A stretch of 64,000 nucleotides of DNA from Pecten maximus. Its lineage: Eukaryota. The stretch is from the NCBI RefSeq assembly GCF_902652985.1, contig NC_047016.1:53940001-54004000 (forward strand). The letters run 5' to 3'. The notes under the pieces were generated by a model that worked only from the letters and a program-made list of their open reading frames with translations, had not been told where the DNA came from and ran no database searches. Shown piece after piece: positions 23,814-36,295 of the stretch. How positions within the stretch are numbered: position 1 is the stretch's first letter; each line of letters opens with the position of its first letter. The position numbers were made by a program, and so were the translations under genes.

Positions 23814-24606
23814 GTAAGTATCAATATAATCTGGTTTTGTTTATATTTTTGTCTGCTGAATGTCCTAAAGATCGGAAATAATAAAAATAAAATCTGTCAT
23901 TAATTTGTTATTTCTTTATATAATAAGTTAATAGTTTCATCATCGAAAATATAATCACAATTCGTTAAGAAATGACAAACTATTTTCATGATAGGAAAAT
24001 TAAAATATGATGGTGAATTTATAAAATTCTGTAAGTGTTATGTTTCGAATCTGGTGTTTTAGTACAATAAGCAGAAGTGAAAGAGAGCTATAGGTATGTT
24101 GGTTCAAGAGATCTCTCTTTGATAGTGATACATATACACCAAACATACTCCCTCCCAAAGAAAACAATGTGTTTCCTTCAGAGCAAAGATTATTGCTTAT
24201 AAATCTCCATATCACAAAACGAGAAAAAATCCAGGTCCGATGGCTAAGGCCAGTAGATCTGGTCTGTGAGAAAGTTAATATTGATGACTTCTTGCCTGTT
24301 TGGCGAGTGCGAAATTTCTGGTAACTTTTATCTTTTCCTTGGGAGTAATTTAAGATACTACTAATTCAGTTTAATTGGACAGCTATGTTTTACATTTGGA
24401 AGAGTACTTTTGAACACAAACTTGTCCGAAGGAACAGTGATGCTGATTTTTTTACCTGTCCTGTTATTAAGGAACTGTTTACTTTTATATATATTACACA
24501 GCCACACTGTAGGGTACCTTTAACATTTCATCACTTAATGGAATAGATGCTTCACAAATTACAATTTTTCAGCATAAACTTCTTCATGCTTTTTTCTTCT
24601 CTGCAG

Positions 24607-24700
24607 GTATGAAAGTCAAAGAGATAATTTAATGCAACAGAGTTTCAACATTGAACAACAAAACTATGCTATACAGTCTCTGAAGGATACAAAAACAACA
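24607..24700 (+). CDS. CHMP5: CHMP5 exon 4
   Basis: ctgcag|[31 protein letters not shown]|gtaagt. Confidence 0.95.
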
Positions 24701-24987
24701 GTAAGTGTCTGTTACCTACTCAAAAACGACAGAATTCATTTATGAAATTAAAGTTTGTTCAACAAAATATTATAGAAATATTTGTTTATGATTTATTGAT
24801 GTAACTAAGTTAACCATGTCAGTGAAATTGTTTAAATATGAAAATTTGCTGTCAGAATCAACATGGTCATATCAAAGTACATTTCTTATTTTCCAGTAAA
24901 ACTCCCCACTGTTTTCATGGGTGAAAGTTTGAGGTTGGGTGATGACCATATACACACATGTAATACACTCTTATTGCTATTTAGTGA

Positions 24988-25211
24988 GGGGCCGCGGTGG
25001 CCGAGCGGTTAAGGTGTCCTGACACTTTATCACTAGCCCTCCACCTCTTTGTTGCGAGTTCAAAATCCATATGGGGTATATATTGCCTAGTATTGACCTT
25101 ACATCAGTGGTTTTTCTCCGGGTACTCCGGCTTTCCTCCACCTTCAAAATCTGTCAAAATATGACCCTGGCTAGCTGTTAATAGGACGTTAAACAGAATA
25201 AACCAAACACC
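24988..25211 (+). mobile_element. tRNA-derived SINE, same family, in CHMP5 intron 4
   Basis: Collinear with the 3781 copy. 9-bp TSD ATTTAGTGA at 24979..24987 and 25212..25220. Confidence 0.88.
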
Positions 25212-25534
25212 ATTTAGTGAATATTGATACACCTTGTATAATTTCCAGACACATCACTGTATCGTCTACTCCTATACGTATATGAGGTCTTATTCCACCT
25301 GATTACATTGGTGGATATTTGCGCCTGTCAAAAGTTTCCTGTCGTGTAAACCTCTAATATTATTGGAGTATGTATCGTCATGTTCTGTAATACCTGATGA
25401 ATTGAAAGTGGTAAACGTTACTAAGGTTGAATAGTCTGTATAGATACAAACCATAAACCCCTGGGTTATCAACACTTACCTTCGTTAATTTAGTAATTTA
25501 CTCTCTAGAATTTCCATATCTTTTATTTTATCAG

Positions 25535-25606
25535 GTTGATGCCATGAAGGTTGGTGTGAAACAGTTTAAGAAGGAGTACAAGCATGTTAACATCGACAAA
25601 ATTGAG
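25535..25606 (+). CDS. CHMP5: CHMP5 exon 5
   Basis: tttatcag|VDAMKVGVKQFKKEYKHVNIDKIE|gtgagt. Confidence 0.95.
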
Positions 25607-26536
25607 GTGAGTATATACCTTAGACATGTTTCAATTTGTATGATGACAAATTTATGTAAAAATGGTGAGAAATTGAATAAACACTTTCATTGCAATCATA
25701 TAATTATGTTAAAGAAATAGTTTAAACCACAAAATAGTATTATCATTAAACACCATGTTTGTTTTGCAGTAGAGATATGAAAAGCTGACAGTAAAATTTA
25801 ATGGAAATTGAGTAAATATTTAAAATAAATTGAGTCAAGTTGTAGCCCTGTAGCGAATGTTTGGTTATGAATAGGTGTACATGTAACAGTGTATGGTGGT
25901 GTTATTGTACTGACATATTTCTGTTTCGGTGTAATTTATGGTACAGCATCTATTAAAGGTGGTACATATACCATGGTCAGGAAATCTATGTAGTGGGGCT
26001 TTTTTAACTGCACAGGAAGAAAAAGTGATTTGTTTTCTGTCTAAGCAATAAAAGCATGCACATCCACAAAACACATACAGTCACACCACGAAAACAAACC
26101 AGCATATATAGGTATTTATCCTGCAACTGCCATCGCATTGTCGGAATACATCCACCGTATATATTTTTGCTGTATACGGCAGTGACGGAAAACAGCTGTA
26201 TTTTGGAATCTTAGCTTGTGCGTCAATTCGACTGACCTACTTCAAAGTGAAACAACGTTTAAAAGGCGAACATATTTCTAATTTTTTGACACCGTTTCAC
26301 TTCAAAATGATTATTTTTGATGACTACATGCAGGATAAATACTCAGGACATCAAGACAAATGTGGCTCGCCACTTTTGTCTTTCTTTACCCTCGCCAAAA
26401 TACAGCTTATATTTTAAGACACTGACCATGTATTCTCTCTATATATATACATGTACATAAGACATACACATGACAGACTTGGGAGATAATTACAGATTCC
26501 TACTCCATTTTAACACCAATGTTTTCTCTGGGTTAG

Positions 26537-26758
26537 GATTTACAAGATGAGTTAGAAGACCTTACAGAACAGTCCAGTGAGATCCAAGAGATAATGGGCC
26601 GGAGTTATGGAATGCCCGAGGTGGACGATGACGAGTTGGAAGCAGAGTTAGATGCCCTTGGGGACGAGATCGGACTCGATGAAGATTCTTCGTATCTTGA
26701 TGATGCTGTGTCTGCTCCCTCAATACCCACCGCAGAACCTGGAGCGGACAGTTCTCGG
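26537..26758 (+). CDS. CHMP5: CHMP5 exon 6
   Basis: ggttag|[44 protein letters not shown]...DSSR|gtaagt. Contains the Snf7-family acidic motif. Confidence 0.95.
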
Positions 26759-27230
26759 GTAAGTTACACAAAAAATGGCCTCTGGGATTGGGTGGAGGAC
26801 ATCAATCTGAACAGCAAATTGATAATTATAAATAAAATATCATTTGATGTGAGCAATTCTTTATTGAGTGTCCTTCCTTTTATAATGCTGACATTTTGCT
26901 GACAAAAAAAATGTGTGAGTAAGGACGTCTGCACTGACTAGAGTTTGTAACACTTAATTAGTTTGTAAAAGGTCAATGTGACTTGTATATATTGTTAAAT
27001 ATTTTAATCTGTACCTCAGCTGATGGATCATGCTTCTTTACCCCAGGAGGTAGAGTCTGTGATTATCATGGCATACACTGTTAGGTTCTTACTAAGCTAG
27101 GCTGGAATGTGATTTTCCTTATTCTTTTACAAGTTAGATATATGTATAACATCCTAATAAATTCATTTTTATCACGTATTTGTATGTTTTAACCACTGGA
27201 ATCTGTAATTGTTAAAATTTGTGTTTTCAG

Positions 27231-27284
27231 GATGTTCCTGTGGACGAGTTTGGGTTACCACAGATTCCTCAGACGGCAAAATAG
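27231..27284 (+). CDS. CHMP5: CHMP5 exon 7 (terminal coding exon)
   Basis: gttttcag|DVPVDEFGLPQIPQTAK*, the conserved VDEFGLP C-terminus. The seven exons sum to 663 nt in frame. Confidence 0.95.
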   Translation, partial: DVPVDEFGLPQIPQTAK

Positions 27285-28479
27285 TGCAGTGAACAACATT
27301 TATATGACTATGTATAATGTGAATACCATTGTGTTTCAACTGGAACAAAACAAAATGACAAAATGTGAATTATGAAGTGTGGTTTTCATGTAAACCAATC
27401 TTACCATGTTGTGATAATATGGATAGGGAATGTGATATAGGGGAGATAAATCCGGAGTTAACAGCTAGCTCGTGATGGAAGGGAAGTAACTCCTGAAAGA
27501 CAATATCCTGGTTTTTTTTTAATTAAGTTTATTCTAACCTAACCTCAATAACGATATTTAGTTTTTAAAACATTAAATAGCTCTTGTCAGAATCCTTTTT
27601 CAATTCTTGAAACATTTATAGGATTATTTTTAGTATAATGTTAGAAAGTCTTAACTAATTGTAAGCAATTTTAAGATGAGTTTGTGTGGAAAATTCTAAA
27701 ATTTCACAGAAATCTTTGTAGCTTTTCTTCACCTGGGATTTTGAATAGAATATTAGGGAAATAAAAGCTTGATGCTTAGATTCTCATGATATTGTGGAGC
27801 TTTAATACAAATCAATATATCACTTTCACTCACTTGAAACAGAGCTTAGTAAATTCATTGGGAAAAGATAATTTTTTGCCTTTTTAGGGAAAAGTACCTG
27901 CGTGATACTTAATCAAAATCTATGATTGAAGGATACCAAAGACATGTTCTGAAATTTTGAAAGAAATTTTGAAAGAAAAATAAGTTTTTAAATCATCCAT
28001 CCACTAAAATGAATAATAATGATTTGATCTATGAGCTGTAGTCTATGACTTGGGTTACAAGATTCTGACAGCTTATTCTGAAATAATCACCGTAATGTTA
28101 ACAGATGTTGTGCAGCATTCATTAAGAATTGGTGGTTAGAGTGTCGTTACTTTTAAATGGTGATAATTATTTTGAGTGTTAATGGAGAGCATGTTGGTAT
28201 AAGATGTTTATCATTCAAGCAAATATAATTATCTCAGATCTTGTTTGCCTATACAATGTATGATGCCTGATATTTTACCAAAAAACGTCAGAAAAATACA
28301 TGATATTGTAAACTTTATTTATTAAAGCCGTATCATCTTTAGTAGGTTTAACTCTAGAGGGTTAAGTGTTGATAACTTGATCATCAAATATTGTAAATAA
28401 TAAAATTAATTACTACAAAATTTTCGACTTTTTCTGGACATGGATGAATTAAGAGAAATAGCTGATTATTGAGGCGAAC

Positions 28480-29718
28480 CATCAGTACATATTTTACAGA
28501 ATAGAGGTACACTTGTATATTAGGATCATACACCGGTACATATTATACAGAATAGATGTACACTTGTATATTAGGATCCATACATTGGTACATATTATAC
28601 AGAATAGAGGTACACTTGTATATTAGGATCCATACATCAGTATATATTGTACAGAATAGAGGTACACTTGTATATTAGGATCAATAACCGGTACATATTG
28701 TACAGAATAGAGGTACACTTGTATATTAGGATCAATAACCGGTAGATATTATACAGAATAGAGGTACACTTGTATATTAGGATCCATACATCAGTACATA
28801 TTATACAAAATAGAGGTACACTTGTATATTAGGATCAATAACCGGTAGATATTGTACAGAATAGAGGTACACTTGTATATTAGGATCAATAACTGGTACA
28901 TATTGTACAGAATAGAGGTACACTTGTATATTAGGATCCATACATCGGTACATATTGTACAGAATAGAGGTACACTTGTATATTAGGATCAATAACTGGT
29001 ACATATTGTACAGAATAAAGGTACACTTGTATATTAGGATCCATACACAGGTACATATTGTACAGAATAGAGGTACACTTGTATATTAGGATCAATAACC
29101 GGTAGATATTGTACAGAATAGAGGTACACTTGTATATTAGGATCCATACATCAGTACATATTGTACAGAATAGAGGGTACAACTGGTATAATTAGGATCA
29201 ATAACCGGTAACATATTGTACAGAATAGCGGTACACTGCGTGTATTAGGAATCTATATACCCGGTCACATATTGTACAGAATAGAGGTTACACATGTGCT
29301 ATTAAGGATACAATACAACCGGTTACATCTTGTACAGAATAGAGGTACACTGGTGTATTTAGGATTATATACCCGGTACATATGTACAGAATAGAGGTAC
29401 GCTTGCTACTATATATATATTCGGATCCATACACAGGTACATATTGTACAGAATCAGAGGTAACACTTGTATATTATGGTATTACAATACACTCGGTACA
29501 TATTGTTTACAGAATAGAGGTACACTGGTGTATTCGGATCCATAATCCGATACATTTATTGTACAGAATAGAGGTACACTTGTATATTAGGATCAATAAC
29601 CGGTAGATATTGTACAGAACAGAGGTACACTTGTATATTAGGATCCATACATTGGTACATAATGTACAGAATAGAGGTACACTTGTATATTAGGATACAT
29701 ATACCGGTACATATTGTG
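28480..29718. repeat. 51/52-bp minisatellite downstream of CHMP5
   Basis: Unit gtacatattgtacagaatagaggtacacttgtatattaggatc(aataaccg/catacatca). Confidence 0.95.
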
Positions 29719-31007
29719 CATTAATTATTTAATTAATTCAATTCTTTATTTCCTGCAAAATATTGAAGTGTACAGTGAAAAAAAAAAAATGAATTAAGTG
29801 CCGATAAATATTTGAAAATTAGAAGGTGCAGACAAACATATACATATGTATTTGATCATTGATAATAATTGTTTTGATTGAGAAGCCATAGATTCATCAA
29901 GGATTATCTAGTTTAAAATTACATACTTTTGAACAGTTATATTAATGACAGTGTGTTGAAAATTTAACAAATGTACACAATTCGCTGAAAGATCAAAACA
30001 GGCAATCTTCAGTAAAGGATATAATGGACGGTTCATCATATTGAAATGCTGCAGATACAGCTTCACTTGGGACACCCGATCCGAGGTATAGCCAACCCGA
30101 GGATGATCCGAATGGGATATGGACATGACAAAGAAAGAGTTATCTTTCTTAGTTCTGAAATGCGGGTTTCCTCTCATAAATATTTTACTACAGATGATAT
30201 TTAACGTATTTGGATTTTTGCGGCCTCCAATTGGCGATATTTTACAGAAAACTGTATCTTCTTCCATTAACAATTCTTCAAGCACCCCTCATCGCCGACA
30301 GAAACACTTTTACAATCGTGGCATATTTTGTTTTCTATTTGACGAAGCAGCAGCCCCTCGTGCACATTTTGACATATTCTTTTTCCCGAAAAATAATTCT
30401 TCAGCAAAGGGAAAGGAAATACATGCATATATAAAATAGCCACAGGGATTTGTAAATAGTGTGGTATGTTGACCCGCAGTACTATTTTCTCTTATTCCGA
30501 AAACGTCTGTACAGTGATATGTTGTTGTTTTTTGACATTTTAATGCATTTTGTCCCCTCTATAAAACTTGACATTGAATTTTACCTCATCTTTGCATGGT
30601 ACCTGAACAACTGATCTACTGGAATCGGAATGTATGACAACCAATGGTCTCGCTGGAATATGAACCTTTGGGGTTCAAGAAAGTATGATTGATGTCTCGT
30701 CCCCCGTATGTAACTAAAAGTTGTCTCGGATTACAATTACTGTACTCTATCCGCTTGGCCAGTTGTTCAGTCGTCAGCAAATTGGGGATACATTTGGCCC
30801 AAAACGTTTAAAATTCTGTGGTGCCTTCTGAAATGCCAATGGCACGATCTATCTCGGAAATAATGTAATGGACATCTTTTCCATCCACTGCTCTCACAGC
30901 AGAAATATTCTGTTTTATGCTGAATATCATCTCGTAGTGTTTCTCCTTCCATATCGGTTTACCATTCTTACTGGCCTACAGAAGTGTCACAGTCTACTAC
31001 ACAAAAT

Positions 31008-33908
31008 GTAACACACATTTTTAATAGTGGTACGTAACACACAGCCAGTTTTAATAGTGGTACATGTAGGTAACACACAGAGAGTTTTAATAGTGGTAGG
31101 TAACACACAGCCAGTTTTAATAGTGATACGTAACACACAGCCAGTTTTAATAGTGGTACGTAACACACGGCGAGTTTTAATAGCGGTACGTAACACACAG
31201 CCAGTTTTAATAGTGGTAGGTAACACACAGCCAGTTTTAATAGTGATACGTAACACACAGCCAGTTTTAATAGTGGTACGTAACACACAGCCAGTTTTAA
31301 TAGTGGTACGTAACACACAGCCAGTTTTAATAGTGGTACGTAACACACAGCCAGTTTTAATAGTGGTACGTAACACACAGCGAGTTTTAATAGTGGTACG
31401 TAACACACAGCGAGTTTTAATAGTGGTACGTAACACACAGCGAGTTTTAATAGTGGTACGTAACACACAGCCAGTTTTAATAGTGGTACATGTAGGTAAC
31501 ACACAGAGAGTTTTAATAGTGGTACGTAACACACAGCCAGTTTTAATAGTGGTAGGTAACACACAGCCAGTTTTAATAGTGATACGTAACACACAGCCAG
31601 TTTTAATAGTGGTACGTAACACACAGCCAGTTTTAATAGTGGTACATGTAGGTAACACACAGAGAGTTTTAATAGTGGTACGTAACACACAGCCAGTTTT
31701 AATAGTGGTAGGTAACACACAGCCAGTTTTAATAGTGATACGTAACACACAGCCAGTTTTAATAGTGGTACGTAACACACAGCCAGTTTTAATAGTGGTA
31801 CATGTAGGTAACACACAGAGAGTTTTAATAGTGGTAGGTAACACACAGCCAGTTTTAATAGTGATACGTAACACACAGCCAGTTTTAATAGTGATACGTA
31901 ACACACAGAGAGTTTTAATAGTGGTAGGTAACACACAGCCAGTTTTAATAGTGATACGTAACACACAGCCAGTTTTAATAGTGGTACGTAACACACGGCG
32001 AGTTTTAATAGCGGTACGTAACACACAGCCAGTTTTAATAGTGGTACGTAACACACAGCCAGTTTTAATGGTGGTACGTAACACACAGCCAGTTTTAATG
32101 GTGGTACGTAACACACAGCGAGTTTTAATTGTGGTACGTAACACACAGCGAGTTTTAATTGTGGTACGTAACACACGGCGAGTTTTAATAGCGGTACGTA
32201 ACACACAGCGAGTTTTAATAGTGGTACGTAACACACAGCGAGTCTTAATAGTGGTACGTAACAGACAGCGAGTTTTTATTGTGGTACGTAACACACAGCG
32301 AGTTTTAATTGTGGTACGTAGCACACGGCGAGTTTTAATAGCGGTACGTAACACACAGCGAGTTTTAATGGTGGTACGTAACACACAGCGAGTCTTAATA
32401 GTGGTACGTAACACACAGCGAGTTTTAATTGTGGTACGTAACACACAGCGAGTTTTAATGGTGGTACGTAACACACAGCCAGTTTTAATAGTGGTACGTA
32501 ACACACAGCGAGTCTTAATAGTGGTACGTAACACACAGCGAGTTTTAATTGTGGTACGTAACACACAGCGAGTTTTAATTGTGGTACGTAACACACAGCG
32601 AGTTTTAATGGTGGTACGTAACACACAGCGAGTTTTAATAGTGGTACGTAACACACAGCCAGTTTTAATGGTGGTACGTAACACACAGCCAGTTTTAATG
32701 GTGGTACGTAACACACAGCCAGTTTTAATAGTGGTACGTAACAAACACAGCCAGTTTTGATAGTGTTACGTAATTAACTTTCAATATTATATCACTGATC
32801 AGCAGTACATTTATAAATCGATAAATTTAACTTGCTGCGAGTTTTAATAGTGGTACGTAACACACGGCGAGTTTTAATAGTGGTACGTAACACACAGCGA
32901 GTTTTAATAGTGATACGTAACACACAGCGAGTTTTAATGGTGTTACGTAACACACAGCGAGTTTTAATAGTGGTACGTAACACACAGTGAGTATTAATGG
33001 TGGTACGTAACACACAGCGAGTTTTAATAGTGATACGTAGCACACAGCCAGTTTTAATAGTGATACGTAACACACAGCGAGTTTTAATAGTGATACGTAA
33101 CACACAGCAAGTTTTAATGGTGGTACGTAACACACAGCGAGGTTTAATAGTGGTACGTAACACACAGCGAGTTTTAATTGTGGTACATAACACGGCGAGT
33201 TTTAATAGCGGTACGTAACACACAGCGAGTTTTAATGGTGGTACGTAACACACAGCGAGTTTTAATGGTGGTACGTAACACACAGCGAGTTTTAATACTG
33301 GTACGTAACACACAGCGAGTTTTAATAGTGGTAGGTAACACAGAGCGAGTTTTAATACTGATACGTAACAAACAGCGAGTTTTAATAGTGGTACGTAACA
33401 CACAGCGAGTTTTAATAGTGATACGTAACACACAGCCAGTTTTAATAGTGGTACGTAACACACAGCGAGTTTTAATAGTGGTACGTAACACACAGCGAGT
33501 TTTAATGGTGGTACGTAACACACAGCGAGTTTTAATGGTGGTACGTAACAAACAGCGAGTTTTAATAGTGGTACGTAACACACACACAATTTTAATAGTG
33601 GTACGTAACACACAGCGAGTTTTAATAGTGGTACGTAACACACAGCGAGTTTTAATGGTGGTACGTAACACACAGCGAGTTTTAATAGTGGTACGTAACA
33701 CACGGCGAGTTTTAATAGTGATAGGTAACACACAGCCAGTTTTAATAGTGGTACGTAACACACAGCCAGTTTTAATAGTGGTACGTAACACACAGTCAGT
33801 TTTAATAGTGGTACGTAGCACACAGCCAGTTTTAATAGTGGTACGTAACACACAGCGAGTTTTAATAGTGGCAGGTAACACACAGAGAGTTTTAAAAGTG
33901 GTACGTAA
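31008..33908. repeat. 30-bp satellite, two arrays (~90 units)
   Basis: Unit gttttaatagtggtacgtaacacacagc(c/g)a with 36-bp variants. Interrupted at 32771..32836. Confidence 0.97.
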
Positions 33909-34096
33909 TTAACTTTCAATATTATAACACTGATCAGCAGTACAAACTTGCTCGATTCTTGTCGGACTGTTAAAAAATCGCTCTGTGTGTGCCAGGGCGG
34001 CGTTTATTGTCTCAGTATATTGGAGTCGTATAGTGACAGAATTTATTGAATGACCCCCGTACAGACTGCCTAAGGGACTATAATAATATATTTTAT

Positions 34097-34590
34097 TAGT
34101 TTAAACAGTATTTTATTTAATTCATATACATTGCATACAAAAATACAAAATATCAGTTCATAATTTGCAAAAAGATCTGGAAACAAGCTTAAAGCTTATA
34201 TCAATCCATCTCCCTCAAAAGGTCAGCATAAGTTTTATGTAGCATAGTGGTCAAGTCACAACACTGCTTAATCATTTTACAATTTGTATAAGTAGTTAAA
34301 AATATATTAAAACATAATATGTACATTCAAGGAATGATATCCAGGTTAAGAACATTGGTTGAATATATATAACGAAAATTTGTTGAGAGTTATTTGAATA
34401 TTTTACATTGATACATAACTGTCATATTCATAGCTTCAATGTGATTTTTTTACTGGGGGTATTCAGATTCCTTTTAGTCAAACCTTTTAGAATAAAGAAT
34501 AAAATTCTGCACCGCATCAATAATTGTTTCATTTTCTTCGTCAGATAAGTCTTGGTGTCCTGATAACAGTATATCGGTGTTCGTGGGTTA
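34097..34590 (-). mobile_element. 3'-end fragment of a LINE related to the 19055..21816 element
   Basis: Minus strand encodes NTDILLSGHQDLSDEENETIIDAVQNFILYSKRFD* (compare DTDCLLWGSPDLTVQKNEEIILAVQEFIMKSERF). Shares the 3' motif ggagatgg..ataagct.taagcttgtt.cca.atc and the terminus aataaaatactgtttaaact. Confidence 0.8.
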
Positions 34591-34628
34591 GAAACTTGTA
34601 CCAGGACGGCGTTTTGACTGCCCCCGTA

Positions 34629-35247
34629 TAGACTACCTAAGGGACTATGATAGTGTATTTTATTGATCATGGACTAGGGATTCGTGTCAAGTCCCTGTGT
34701 ATAGAGCCGTATATATATCAGTATCACTGATAGTTCGACACTAGCTAGGGATTCGTGACAAGTCCCTGTGTATAGACTACCTAAGGGACTATGATAGTGT
34801 ATTTTATTGATCATGGACTAGGGATTCGTGTCAAGTCCCTGTGTATAGAGCCGTATATATATCAGTATCACTGATAGTTCGACACTAGCTAGGGATTCGT
34901 GACAGGTCCCTGTGTATAGACTACCTAAGGGACTATGATAGTGTATTTTATTGATCATGGACTAGGGATTCGTGTCAAGTCCCTGTGTATAGAGCCGTAT
35001 ATATATCAGTATCACTGATAGTTCGACACTAGCTAGGGATTCGTGACAGGTCCCTGTGTATAGACTACCTAAGGGACTATGATAGTGTATTTTATTGATC
35101 ATGGACTAGGGATTCGTGTCAAGTCCCTGTGTATAGAGCCGTATATATATCAGTATCACTGATAGTTCGACACTAGCTAGGGATTCGTGACAGGTCCCTG
35201 TGTATAGAGCCGTATGTATATCAGTATCACTGATAGTTCGACACTAA
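34629..35247. repeat. 144-bp tandem repeat (~4.3 copies)
   Basis: tagactacctaagggactatga recurs at 34629, 34773, 34917 and 35061. Confidence 0.95.
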
Positions 35248-35989
35248 AAGCAGTGCCTCACTGACTGTTGTGGTACATGGTTGTATTTAGATCATTACGT
35301 GTTAAATTGGACATAATGAGATTCCAGTTTAATAGCAATATTAATGGGATATGGAATAATTCGGATTACTTTGGCACCTTGGCATTTCCATTGTCTAATA
35401 TCCTTTGTGGCCAAATATGGTGATTAATGTAAGCCTGCTTCGCGAGCGCGACAGAGGTACATGAACCAGTGCTAAAGTTTTCTTGTGCATACAATTTTTA
35501 CTATACATTTTGATTAATTTTCAATGTATTCTCATGACTTTGTTTTCAAAGCATTTTATTAAAATTCCATACACTAGAAGAAAATTATTAGTTCTTTCAC
35601 ACGATATTTTTTCTGTGACCTAGACGAATATACATGTATATATATTTATAACAAAAATGTGACTGTGTTTAATTATTTAATCTTACTTAATAATACCTTT
35701 TCAAAAATGAAACAAAAATGTAATGTGTAATATCGCTCGCAATTCACGATGGAAAATTATACAATTTTCAAAGAAGGATCAAATATTTTTTTCAAAACTT
35801 TGTGAAATTTCAATAAAATCCATTGAAAACGTAGTCAGAAAAATTATTGAAAATTTATCAAAACGAATGAATGTATATAATAAAAATATTTCGTATACTG
35901 TACTAATTTTATTTAAAAATTTATCCAAACGAATGAATTTATATAGTAAAAATAGTTCGTATACTAATTTTGTGTGGTTCTGTATACGC

Positions 35990-36295
35990 AGTTTCTGTTG
36001 AAACTGGCAGATGGCACCAGATTGAGTATAAGGAAAGAAAATGTCCACATTGTAATGGTCAACAAATTTGTGATGAATTTCATTATTTACTTGAATGTAC
36101 AGCGTTATCTACTCCCAGAATTTTATATATAGACAAATACTATTGGTCAAGAATGAAAATATTTTGTTTTGAAACTGTGCCATGTATCAACTACGATCAC
36201 AACTTTAATTGTATATATTATATTATAAATATGTTTTTCTCTATACATCATATCAATATGTGAAAAGAGAATAAAATGAATTTGAATTTGAATTT
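35990..36295 (+). mobile_element. LINE 3'-end fragment
   Basis: VETGRW..ERKCPHC..DEFHYLLEC zinc-knuckle-like C-terminus followed by an aataaaatgaatttgaatttgaattt tail. Confidence 0.75.

Noticed and set aside
25972-26430. Possible TIR element (CATGGTCAG…CTGACCATG with internal inverted motifs) in CHMP5 intron 5
   Set aside because: Short TIR and no TSD. Likely an old MITE, but not supportable in detail.
30968-33919. Long ORFs of 235-585 aa on both strands
   Set aside because: Translations of the 30/36-bp satellite, open in several frames on both strands, with no splice or domain evidence.
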